Shown here: piece by piece, positions 51,951-64,000 of the stretch | Numbering within the stretch: the first letter of the stretch is position 1 | How the letters are laid out: every line of letters begins with the position of its first letter | Assembly (NCBI RefSeq): GCF_030144855.1 | Contig: NC_082725.1 | Location: forward strand, 29,946,001-30,010,000 | Direction: 5' to 3' | Origin: Hypanus sabinus | Taxonomy: Eukaryota | Length of the DNA: 64,000 nucleotides | Notes under the pieces: generated by a model | What the model was told of the DNA's origin: nothing | The model's input: only the letters and a program-made list of their open reading frames with translations | Databases searched by the model: none | Made by a program: the position numbers and the translations under genes

Positions 51951-52049
51951 CCCTTAATCATTAGTAAATCCTTAGCAGATGGTATTGGCCATAACTTGGT
52001 TATTTTCCCTGCAGTTTCAGAAGCTGACGAGAGGCATGATCGAACTTCA

Positions 52050-52680
52050 TTGTTGTTGTGCTTGGCATCCATCTGTCTCAGAGGACAATGAGTGATGATG
52101 TTGATCATCACAACCCAGGACGGAAGGTATGGAGATCCTGAGATGCCCAGTCATCAAGATTTCCTCTCAGCCTCACCAGCGTAGTCCTAAGGAAAGCTTA
52201 TGAAGCAGTATGTTTGGCACCAGCTTGGCTGCAGGAGCTGCTGGAAGGATGTTCAATGATATCCAGCCGCTTTAGGGACTCCACTCCGGATTTGATTTTT
52301 ACTCCCACAGCCGTTGTTTCTCTCAAGGCTGCCCACAAGGTAGTGGGGCTATTTACCCATAGCTGGGGATCTGCATCACGCGTCATGAGCACCAGGGTGA
52401 GTGCACACACTGCTGGGCCTGTGTGCTATCTGTGCAGGGGCCAGACCTCTTTCCTGTCCTCTGTAGTTCAGCCTGAGTCCATAAGGATTTCAGTTTCTGT
52501 GTGTCACCACTGAGGAGGCACTTCATGAGGCTTGCTGTTGGAGAGGTATGTACTGGCAGGCAAGACTTACCGTTCAGCTCTTCTTTTTGCAAGACTGCTA
52601 GCCGGTGGTGGAAGCTGAAAGTGAGAGCAAAAAGCACTAGCCACTGCACTGCCACACTAGGTGCATTACAACAACCATTT
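52050..52680 (-). mobile_element. Probable non-autonomous RTE-type element
   Basis: Minus-strand tail CATTGTCCTCTGAGACAGATGGATGCCAAG plus (CAA)n; GC-rich body. Confidence 0.5.
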
Positions 52681-52701
52681 GACACTAGAAGTATGTATGA
52701 G

Positions 52702-52917
52702 TGATGCACCATCAATAACTCACTCTGAGACGTAAGGCGAGATATCGGCTTTTATTGACTGGAAGAAGGAACCAGCAGTGAGTGACCACCATACTACATC
52801 CTGGAGACTGAGAGGCCGGGCCCAGGCTCTGATCGCCTATATACGGGGGCCTGTGGGAGGAGCCACAGGAGCAGTCAGCAGGGGGTGTGTCCAGACAGGT
52901 ATATGTAGTTCACCACA
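52702..52917 (-). mobile_element. Solo LTR (family of 14322-14539)
   Basis: TG..CA ends; perfect TSD ATGAG. Confidence 0.9.
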
Positions 52918-53889
52918 ATGAGAAGCATGGATAGAACTGACAATCAAAATATTTTCTCTCCCCGGGTAGAAATGTCAAATACTGAACAATATGCATTTAA
53001 GGTGAGGGACAAAGGTTAAGGGAGATGTGCAGGGCATGCACATTTTGAATAAAAGTGGATGCCTGAAATGGGTTCTCAGGGGTACTGGTGAAGGCAGATA
53101 TGGCACTGGCATTTAAGAATGTTAGATATTCATGCAAAACACAAATATGAAAGATGTGGATCATGTACAGGCAGAAGAGATTTAGCTTATTTCAATATCA
53201 TGTTTGGTGCAGACATTGTGCTCTCAAGGGTCTGGTCTTGTTTGTACTCTTTTACGTTCTGCATTGTAATCAAGGATGGTTGAGGTAAGCAAGTTCACTT
53301 ATAGAGGACTGATTAATAACAAAACACAGCTCAAGCAGACAAAATACTGAACGATATCTCTTTAATTTAAATAAGGGCAAATACAAACCATAAGTAAAAA
53401 TCCTATTTGACATTTCATTCATATATCACCACCCCTAAAATCACTGGAATTGAATTTAGCTACTTAAAGAAATTTATCTGGACACAGTTTTTTGTTGGCA
53501 GGATGATATGCACAGCTTGTGCAACTTCCTCTGCTAAGCTTTGTGTACAATATCACGAAAATGGAATAAATTCTTGGCATGACTTCCAACAGGGAAGCCA
53601 GCATCTCAAGTTTATCCCTCAGGAATGACTAAATTAAATTGTCTTTAAATCCAACAGAGCAGATTTTTTTCTAATGCTCTGAACTTTCAGTTTAGTTTGG
53701 TGACTAAGTACATGGATGGTTGGGGTATGAAGGGCTATGGTCCCAGCACAGGTCAATGGGAGTAGGCAGTTCAAGTTGTTTCGGCATGGGCTGGATGGGC
53801 CAAGAAAGCTGTTTCAGTGCTGTACCTTTCTATGACTCGATTATGAATGAACTTACCATATTTAAATTTTGAATACAAAATAAAAATTG

Positions 53890-54425
53890 GGGGAGCACTT
53901 CCTCAAGCCCTCCACTCTACCCACCAAAAGTGGAACTTCCCAGTGACCAAATATTTTTATTTTGATTCCCATCCTGACATGTCAGTCCATGGTCTCCTCT
54001 TATGATGAACTGATCCTCAGGGTGGAGGAGCAACACCTTATATTCCATCCAGGTAACCTCCACCCTCATGGCATGAATATCGATTTCTCCTTCCAGTAAA
54101 AATAAATTCCTTCCCCTCTATCCTTCTTCTTCTATTCTCCACTCTGTCCTCTTACCTCTTCTCACCTGTCTATCACCTCCATTGGGTCCCCTCCTCCTTT
54201 CCTTTCTCCAGTAGTCCACTCCCCTCTCCGATCAGATTCCTTTTTCTCCAGCTCTTTACCTTTCCTACCCACCTGACTACACATCCTAATTTCTAGCTAT
54301 CCTCCTTCTCTCCCCAGCCATTTGATTCTGAACATTCTCCCCCTTCTTTTCCAATCCCAAAGAAGGGTCTCGGCCTGTAATGTCAATTATTTCTTCGTTT
54401 TCATAGATGCTGTCTGACCTGTGAC
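53890..54425 (+). mobile_element. Penelope-like 3' fragment
   Basis: LRVEEQHLIFH...HGMNIDF then a pyrimidine-rich tail, as at 34900-35335. Confidence 0.8.
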
Positions 54426-55820
54426 AGCTTAAAATACCTAAGACAAATTTCTTTATTAGAGGAATACCCTTGCCATCTGGAGAAAATTTGCAAACTGAAG
54501 GAATATTGAGCAGTTTGCGGGGAAAACAACTTGATAGATGGAAGCACCACAAACAGAAGCTGGAGCAACAGGATTGGTAGAAGGGCAATGTTAAGTCAGG
54601 GTGAGATGTGATATTTGGAGATAATTATAAAACTTAGTTCCTTCTTGCAAAGAATGTGTATCAGCCATATATTCTTGTTAAGAGTTAATATCAGTAAGTC
54701 AACTTTTTTTGATGCAATGCTGTATCAATCAGTACAAATATGTTGCAATATTGGTTGCCAGGGCAAGTTCTTCAAGATAGTATAAAGGTTTTTGACAGGA
54801 GTACAAACACTCCTCAGCATCTTTATCCTCCAGCTTCTCATAGTGAGGCAAACTGAGCCAACAGCAATGATCTTTCGTGAATTCTAATCCTGGAGTTATG
54901 TGGCTGGATAGGAATGTTGTCACCTAAAACAGATCAGTTTGCAAGTTCCTTTCATGATATATCTGACAGATTTCTGTCTTTGATAGTAATCTAGATGACT
55001 ATAGTCATCACAATAATGCTGGCCTTTTTAAATAAAATAAAGATAGCTTTAGACATATTGGGTACACGGTCAACGGAGCAATATTGTTTGAGATTTTCTG
55101 CTGGGATTAATCCGGGTGTATTCAATATCAACAGAACCCTAATTCTGGACAAATAAAACTGTACATAGCGTATTTATTGAGAGCCTGGATTATTAACCAT
55201 TATTTATGACTGGTAACAGTGCCATCAGAACAACTCAGTTCATAATTAAAGGCAGAATGAATTAAATTTGAACACAAATGAAAAATTATATTAAGGACAG
55301 TGTTCTTCATATCTTTATAGCTATTGTAGAGAAATAACTTGTTCTTTACGAATTGGATTTACTGTCAAACTCTGTAGCATAAAACTATCAAACATTTACC
55401 AAGAAAAATAATTTGTTATGAGTGAAGAAACATTAATATGGTGACATTTTCATTACAACATTGTTTATACTGTGGAACAGTCATTGGGTTGAGAGGGGTT
55501 TCTATAACGAGATTAGAATGATTTTTCTGAAGCATTTATTTGATCTAGTATGATTTATTTTGTTTAATTGCACAAAATGCAAAGAACAAGGATAGATCAC
55601 TGATACATTCTGCAAACATATCTCCTTTCCTTCTATATACATGGGATGTGAACAGCATTACCTATCCCCAATGACATTGAGAAAGCAGTAGTTACTCTCC
55701 TGTTGATACCTCTGCAAGTCGATCCCTCTGAACTGTGTGCAAGTCACAATTGCAGCCACAAACCAAATTCCTGCCAGCCAGCAAATCCATCCTGTCTGGT
55801 TCTAAATTGTGCTCACTCAC

Positions 55821-55901
55821 CTGCACTGGTTGGACATAAGCAGATGTTCGTAAATTGGGGAGGACCAATAGATTAAATCTTTTTGTGACATATTGCTTCA
55901 T
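55821..55901 (-). other. Candidate 81-nt exon
   Basis: gttacattttatAG|ATG...CAG|GTGAGT; open only in phase 0. Confidence 0.3.
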
Positions 55902-56589
55902 CTATAAAATGTAACACTGCAATCTACCAAGTATTCACAAAGAGTATCCTGCAAACGTCAGGTAATTTAGAGGATGCTTGACCCAAAAGCTCAGCAGCTG
56001 AGATGATTCGAATGATAAACTTTAATAACAGACCACAAAATAGCAAGCCATGAGGAGCCACGAAACAAGAGAGAATATAATTTAAACACAACAATTAACT
56101 AGGTAAACTTTAGGCTGGGAGAATGAAAGTTAGGAGCAACTGGTTGAGTCCAGCTGGTTCAACGAGTGAATAAGGACTGTGTGTAAGAATTGGGGTTAAC
56201 TGGGATGTAGGTGATGAGTCTGGAATGGGTGGCCGGTGGGTGAAGAGTCGGAGGCACCTACGTGTGCAGACTGGGAGGTCTCAGCAGGAGCCGTCCTGAC
56301 AGCAAACCCATAACCTCTGCTACCTAGAAAGATGTCAGCATTTGTATAAGAAAGCTATCCTCCAAGATGAAAGAGTCAAAGTCAAAGCAAATTTATTATC
56401 AAAGTACAGATATGTCACCACCATATCTTACCTTGATATTCATCTCCTTGCTGGCATTTATGTACACTTCTTGCAAATATATATACACAAAGACTGACAA
56501 ACAATTAATATATAAATCAAGTCAAATTGTGCAAATAATAAATTAATAATACTGAAAACATGAGCTGTAGAGTCCTTGAAGTTAAGTTC

Positions 56590-57790
56590 ATACCATAAGA
56601 CCATAAGACATAGGAGCGGAATTAGTCAGCTCTGCTATTTAATCATGGCCAATTCCTTTCTCCTCTCCTCAACTCCACTCCCTGACCTTCTCCCCATAAC
56701 CTTCGATGCTGCAGCCAATCAAGAACCTGTCAAGCTCTTCCTTAAATACACCCAATGACCTCGCCTCTACAGCTGCCTGTGGTAACAAATTCCAATTCTC
56801 CACCATCTTGCTACAGAAATTTCTCTGCATTTCTGTTTTAAATGAAATCTATCCTGATGTGCTGCCCACTTGTCCTAGACTCCCCCACCATGGGAAGCAT
56901 CCTTTCCACACCTACACTGTCTAGGTCTTTCAACATTCAAAAGGTTTCAGTGAGATTCTTCCCCCTCCCCCACCATCCTTCTAAATTCCATTGAGTACAG
57001 ACCCAGAGCTATCAAATGTTCCTCGTATGATAACCCTTTCATTCCTGGAATCATCCTTGTGAACTCTTCTGAACCTTCTCCAAAGCCAGCATATCTTTTC
57101 TCAGATGAGGAGCCCAGAACAGCTCACAATACTCAAGATGAAGCCTCTCCTGTGCCTTATAAAATCTCAGCATTACATACTTATTTTTATATTCTAGTCC
57201 TCTTGAAATGTATGCAAACATTGCATTTGCCTTCCTCACCACCAACTCTACCTGCAAGTTAACATTTAGGATGTTCTGCACAAGGACTCCCATGTCCCTT
57301 TGCATCTCAGATTATTGGATTTTCTCCCCGTTTAGAAAATAGTTTGCACATTTATTTCTACTACCACAGTGCGTGAGCATGCATTTTTCAACATTGTATT
57401 TTCTTGTCCATTCTCCTAATCTGTCTCAGTCTTACTGCAACCTACCTGTTCCCTCAACACTACCTGCCCCTCCACCAATCTTCATATCACCTGCAAACTT
57501 GGCAATAAAGCCATCTATTTCATCATCTAAATCACTGATATACAACATAAAAAGTGACTAGTGGTGTTACACAGAGGTCAGTTCCAATACCAACGACTGT
57601 GGAACACCATGAGTCACTGCCAGCCAACCAGAAAAGGATTAATTTATTCCCACTTGCTGCCTCCTACCAACCAGCCAATGCTCTAACCATGTCAGTAGCT
57701 TTTCTCTAATACCGCGTGCTCTTAACTTGGTATGCATTCTCACGTGTGGCAGCTTGCCAAAGGACTTCTGAAAGTCCAAATATACAACAT
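56590..57790 (-). mobile_element. CR1 fragment
   Basis: VYLDFQKSFGKLPH, HLEYCELFWAP; a Rex1-type tail lies just before it (~56375-56590). Confidence 0.85.
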
Positions 57791-57959
57791 AGTATCTTAG
57801 TAAGTCAGAGTCAGCCGGTTGTGGAAACATTTCAGAGTTAAAGTCATCCTGAATAAGTCCTGACTTGGAAATGTTGTTCCTTCATCATTAGAAAGCCAAT
57901 TCCAGGAATTCCTTACCCAAAAGTAGCATGAATTTTACATTCCTCATACCCTCGTATCA

Positions 57960-58740
57960 ACCTAACAGTGACTCCTTTGCTTGCGTCTTTGGAAACAGCT
58001 CTATTTCTACCTTTACTATCTTTATTTTTCCCTTTCATGGGTCATTTTGAAGACCCTGACCTAGAGCTACATGCAGGCTTTGGTTCTTTGTGGGAATGGG
58101 GCCTGTTCTCGGGGTTCCGCAACTGGCCGTTATTCGACATGCCAAGGGTTTGTCCTGAGAGTCTCACTCGTGTTCAGAGGCCTAAGACATTGGGGCTCTG
58201 GAGATGGGCAGGTCGAGGGTCAGTGTCATGGCAGGAGACTCATGTGTCGTCAGGGAGGCTAGAAAATTTTTCGCTGTGGGTCTGAAGACCTGAGATCTTT
58301 GCGATTTTTCGACACAGAGCTCGAAAAAAGCGATGATACAGACTTCTAACATCGTAAATGAGCAGGTTGTTGTTATGTCTCCCGCTTGCTGTGAAAATGG
58401 GGGACACCTCCCTCTCCCTTGCCAGGGAGAGAGAGAACCTGTGGGTTGTCGAATTTCGGATGAACTTTGGTCTGTGTCTTTGCTTTGCCTTAGCTCACGC
58501 ATGAGCTTGGTAGTGGGTGTGATTTTATTTGCCCGGAGGGGGAGGTGGGGTTGTGGCTTGCCACCATTTACGCGCGGGAGGGTGGAGCTGGGGAAGGGGA
58601 CTTTGGGGTTCTCACATTTAACTGTTGTTCATTCTTTGGGGAACTTCTCTGTTTCTGTGGATATTTGTGAAGAAAAAGCATTTTAGGATGTATATTGAAT
58701 ACATTTATCTGACATTAAATTTGACCTTTGAACCATTTCA
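57960..58740 (+). mobile_element. Non-autonomous retroposon
   Basis: Homolog of 47945-48720; tail TGACATTAAA..TTTGAACC. Confidence 0.75.
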
Positions 58741-59164
58741 AGAGGAATTTTTTTAAAATTACATTTATGAATGGTCATAAACATTGACCTGGATAATCCT
58801 ACCAAACATATTTTTTAACCTGCTGGATCTGAGATAGGAACTTCAAGTAACTGTTCCCATTTTTTTTTTTCAGCACACATGATTAGAATAATGCCAGTCT
58901 TGGAAGGGAACATTACAATCACATGAATATTTGTGTCTTATCTTGCAACAATGCTAAAGGTGTTTCAGCTCAGCTGATCGTCACTAGGAATTCTGTTGTG
59001 GAAGAAAGACAGGCTTTTTTAAATTTCTCAGTGACAATTTTGTCAGACCCAGCCTCCAAACTAAACCCACTTTGAAAAAGGATCTAGTGCTTTCCCAGCA
59101 TATACGGTAAATGACCACTTCTCATTCTTCTAGCTGGGTACAAGTATTAATTTTAACTGACATC

Positions 59165-60235
59165 TCATAGAAGATAGAACAAAGGAATCTACAGCACATG
59201 AAAAGCCCTTCGGCCCACAATGTAACCTACTCTAGAAACTGCCTAGAATTTCCCTAGAGCTTAGCCCTCTATTTTTCTAAGCTCCACGTACCTATCTAAG
59301 AGACTCTTAAAAGACCCTATTGAATCTGCCCCCACCACAGCCACCGGCAGTGCATTCCACACATCTATCACTCTGTGTGTGGAAAAACTTACCCCGACAT
59401 TCCCCTGGGTACCTATTTCCAAGCACCTTAAATCTATGCCCCCTGTGTTAGCCATTTCATCCCTGGGAAAAAAAGCCTCTGGTTATTCACATGATCAATG
59501 CCCCCATCATCTTATATGCCTCTATCAGGTCACCTTTCATCCTCCGATGCTCCAAGGAGAAAAGGCCAAATTCACTCAACCTGTTCTCATAAGGTATGCC
59601 CTCCAATCCAGATAACATCCTTGTAAATCTCCTCTGCCCTCTCTCTGTAGTATCCACATCCTTCCTGTAGTGAGGTGACCAGAACTGAACACAGTACTCC
59701 AAGTGGGTGTCACCAAGGTCTTATATAGCTTTAACATTACCTCACGGCTCTTGAACTCAGTCCCACAGTTGATGAATGCCAACACAACATACGCCTTCTT
59801 ATAAACACTGTCAAACTGTGCAGCAGCTTCGAGTGTCCTATGGACACGGACCCCAAGATCTCGCTGATCCTGCACACTGCTAAGAATCTTACCATTAGTA
59901 TTATATTCTGTCTTCAAATATGACCTACCAAAATGAACCACCTCACACTTATCTGGGTTGAAGTCCATCTGCCACTTTTCAGACCAGTTCTGCATCCAAT
60001 CGATGACCCACTTTAACCTCTGACAACTATTACTACTACGTCGACTCAGGCCTAGGGGGCTGGCATCTGACAACCCTCCAGACTGTTCACTACACCCCCA
60101 AGCTTTGGGTCATCAGCAAACTTACTAACTCACCCTTCTACTTCTTCATCCAGGTCATTTATAAAAATCACAAAGGGGAAGGGTCCCAGAACAGATCCCT
60201 GCAGAACACCACTGGTCTCCAAACTCCATGCAGAA
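59165..60235 (-). mobile_element. CR1 RT 3' fragment
   Basis: WQMDFNPDKCEVVHFG, EYCVQFWSPHYRKD. Confidence 0.9.
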
Positions 60236-60384
60236 TTAGTCTTCCTCAGGGCCGAAACTGTCTTTGAAACCTTTATTACAAATTGATACCTGTACCCAGC
60301 TGGAAGCCCAAGAAGAGTTTATTCAAAAACCCTGCTCATTTTCAAATCTCGGAGGACTTGCCTTGCACTGAGCGCATACGTGCA

Positions 60385-61075
60385 ATTACAAAGAAAGCAT
60401 GGTAGCCCTTCTTCTTCCTTAGAAGTTTGCCAAGGTTTGGAATGTCATCTGAAAACTTTGACAAACTTCTATATATGTGTGGTGGAGAGCTTATTGACTG
60501 GTTGCACCGCGGGCTGGTATGGAAACACCAATGTCCCTGAATGGAAAACCGTCAGTCCATCACAGGTAAAGTCCTCCCCATCATTGAGTACATCTACACA
60601 AAGCATGTCACTGAAAGGCAGCATCCACCACATAGGATGTGCTCTCTTCTCACTGTTGCTATCAGCAAAAAAAGGTACTGGAGCCTCAAAGCTTACACTA
60701 TCAGAATCAGGAACAGTTGTGACCCCTCAGGCATCAGGCTCTTGAACCAAAAGGGATAACTTCACTCAACTTCACTTTTCCCATCGTTGAAATGGTTCCA
60801 CAACCTATGGACTTGTTTTCAAGGACTATTCATCTAATGTCCACGATATTTATTTTCTTCTATTTATTACTTGTTTATTTTTCACTTGTACATTTTGTTG
60901 TTTTTTTGCACACTGGTTGAATGCCCAAGTTGGTGTGATCTTCTATTGATTCTATTATGGTTATTAGTCTATTATGGATTTACTGACTCTGTCTGCAAGA
61001 AAGTGAATCTCAGGGTTGTATATGGTAACATAAACGTATTTTGATGATAAATTTGATAAATTTTCTTTAAATTTT
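60385..61075 (+). mobile_element. Rex1-type LINE 3' end
   Basis: TLTNFYICVVESLLTGC..WYGN; 3' UTR like 23050-23375. Confidence 0.85.
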
Positions 61076-63444
61076 GAAATTAATTTTTGTCAGTTTGCTT
61101 TAGCCAAGAAATACAAGCACTTTTCTTGTCTGGTAGTTAGACCAGCAAAAAAAGAGAAAAAATATATCAAATGCTGGAAATTTAAAACAAAAAAAAAGCA
61201 GGAAGTGCTGGGAGAATTCATCAGCACAGATGTAATGTTCACCTCTAGGGTTAGACCAGTTCAAGAAATCAGCATTGATCTGAAAGGAGCCTAATTCAAT
61301 GTCCGACATCCTAGGTCAAGGACTCGTTAGGAATAGGAAAAGTGCGAAATCAGACATACTTAAATTTGGTTAAATCTGTGGTAGTCGTGGGGGTGGGGGG
61401 AGGATGTAACTCATGTGGAGAATGTGCAAGGAGCTGTGGAAAGAGCTGTGGGGTGAGATATAGACTAGACTGTTAAGACGACAAATACTTTAATTAAAAC
61501 AGCACTTCGAGATAGGAGTAGAGGGAAGGGGACAAGTTGAAACTAAAAAAGTACCGTTATTCTCTGTTTTAAAAAGAAAACTGCTCATGCGAAGACTTCA
61601 ATCATTTTCTGCACCGAAGTCACCTACATGGAGGTCCACCTTCAAAAATACATATATTTCCTCTCACATGCCATGATCTGGGAATCTAATCGTAGAAACC
61701 ATTACCTCTGCCGTGTACTGGGAGCTGTCTGTGGGGATTAAAAGCCATTGACTGACAACCATAGAAAGGACTTTTTTTTACTGTTATTAGAGTTAAATTT
61801 CAGAGCTAGTAATCCAGAGGTCAAAACTAACTACCTGGAAAATGACTCCAGTTCCCACCAGTGACTGCGGAATTTAAATTTGTTAATTAAAAAACTGAAG
61901 TAAAATCATGCATCATTAATGGTAACCATTAAACTGTCATATTGTACTAAAAGAGCATTTGGCTGAATTGCTTTCTTCAAGGATGGAGACCTGCTACTCT
62001 TACTAGCCTAGTCTTTCTGACCAAAGTCTTGCCTTCAAAATAGGTAACTAAGCAAGGCATTAAGTTGTGTTGAGACTCACTTTTGCAGCAACTCCTTAAG
62101 GATAATTAAATATGGACAATGAATGTTGATCTTGTCACCAAATCCAAATCCTGTAAATTAGTTAAGAAAGCTCATCTATAACAACTGCCTACCGTCACAA
62201 CAATATCACACACAGTGACAACCCAGAGTGAATTTTGCAGATGTAAATGAAAGGTCCGAGATATAATGAATTCCAACCAGAAAAAAAATCATACAACAGT
62301 GATTCAGAAACATAATCAGATTAGACGTTCCGTTAGTTTGAGGACAGTAGTGGCAGACTCTTCTATTTGCAAAAGGATCACATCGGAAAATAGTACATAA
62401 AATAACAATTGTGATAATACTTGCTGTTAAAAACAGCCTAATTTGATTGGCTGAAATGCAACAAACTTTTAAAGACACATTTTTAAACTGAAACACAACT
62501 GATGACTTGAACCAGAGAACAAAAATAAAATGTAAATCAGTAATTAGGCAGGCAGGTCAGTAATTAGGCATGCACATGTCAGTTAGCATTAAATCATTTG
62601 GCACTAGAAAGCCTGCTGTTCAGATATTGCAACAAATCATGCTGATATTTATGTATTGAAAAGGGTTTATATGCAACTGTTTGACTGGTCATATTCCAGT
62701 TTTCTGGACTCATCTTTGAGATGAACAACCTCCACCTTTTATATTACGTTATTATCCCTTTTGGCATTAATTGCCTTATTGTGTTCCAAAATAATTGAAC
62801 CTTCTTTCTGTTTCCTCATGCCTTTCCACTTAACTGGTCATTTGATACCTTCTTTAATCGCTGGCTTATTTCCCCCTTTGTTTTTGATGAGACCACAAAC
62901 ATTCAGTTTGTTTCTCCACAGATCGTTTTGGACTACCAAGTATCTGAAAATGTTCCAGTGTTTTTCTTAAGTTTTGTTTTTGTGTCACATAGCCTAGCAG
63001 ACAATGACTGATTTCTTAAGATTTTTAAAAACTTCAAATCTCAATAGCAATTATCAAACACAATTCAACTCTAATCCACATCTTGGAAGGGGTAATTGCA
63101 ATTTCTTCACAATACATTAAAGTACAATATATAATTACCAAAAGATTGTTTGTGAGGCAGAATATTTAATCTACAGCGTCCTATAAAGCATATTACATGC
63201 CAAGGGGCTCAAACATTTTTACATTATGCAAAGCAGACATACTGTACCACATGACTCTATCTAAAAGATTACGCCATGTCCACATGCAGAGGTACAATGT
63301 AATGACCAAATTCTTAAACATGGATAGAAGGAGGGGATGTGGAATTAAGAAGTCAGCTTCAGTCATTTGCATCAAACACATGACACAATACGAATAGCAT
63401 ATTGTGTTCAAATTGCAGTTGAGCTTGTTCATTTGAATATGATT

Positions 63445-63860
63445 TCAAATTTAATTTCAACTTCATTGTCATTCAACCATATACATGTACGCCACTAAAC
63501 GAAACAACATTCCTCCAGATCAAGGTGCACAACATAGTACACATAACACACACAACACAATGGTAATATTATCACAAATAAATTAGCAAATAATAAGGTG
63601 CATTTATACCACAAGTCAAAAGGTATACAGTATATACTACTGGAGCTTCATGTATGATGAGAGCTGGGGGGTGGCAGAGAGTTCAATGGTCTCACAACCA
63701 GGGGAAAGAAGATCTTTCTCCATCCTAACAATCCTTGTCCTAATGCTACAGCCTGATGGTAAGGGTCGAACAGATTCTTGCATGGATGGGAGGGATAACT
63801 GACAATGCTAAGGCCCTGTGTACACAGTGCTCCTGATAAATATCTTGGATGGGTTGCTTA
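63445..63860 (-). mobile_element. Rex1-type LINE 3' end
   Basis: Tail shared with 2663-2740; similar to other Rex1 ends. Confidence 0.6.
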
Positions 63861-64000
63861 TACCACCAAGGTACAACTGAGCTACTGCATGCACTAAATA
63901 TGTGCAATTACTTGCTATCATCTAGATTTTCCAGAGCATCTTTAAAGGAAGTGAGAATCAAGGGGTGAAGTCCAAAAGGTGAGGAACAGGCAGCGAGAGA

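Noticed and set aside
62880-62945. Acceptor-like TTTCTCCACAG suggesting an exon
   Set aside because: It resembles the decayed Penelope-type tail seen elsewhere and has only a weak donor
1-64000. CRISPR arrays, prokaryotic operons, rRNA, env gene
   Set aside because: None seen; the Gmr1 element has only ~130 bp between pol and the 3' LTR

Overview
Eukaryotic, AT-rich, CpG-poor vertebrate DNA that is mostly transposon-derived. The repeat families suggest a cartilaginous fish, probably a ray (inference). No recognisable host protein-coding gene is present. The main feature is a ~6.6 kb full-length but decayed Gmr1-type Ty3/Gypsy element (35778-42375) with SCAN-like gag, CCHC knuckle and PR-IN-RT-RH pol order. 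It sits inside a solo LTR of its own family (35392-42926). Also present: an older chromodomain Gypsy remnant, a third Gypsy gag/LTR relic, two short solo LTRs with perfect TSDs, many CR1 and Rex1 LINE pieces, tandem R4/Dong-type LINE relics, a Tc1 derivative and tRNA-SINEs. Many Penelope-like ends carry decayed hammerhead-ribozyme motifs, and there are two long inverted repeats. In the unique DNA, five minus-strand exon-like segments splice in frame into an unrecognised 103-aa ORF (speculative). Coordinates of decayed repeats are approximate.
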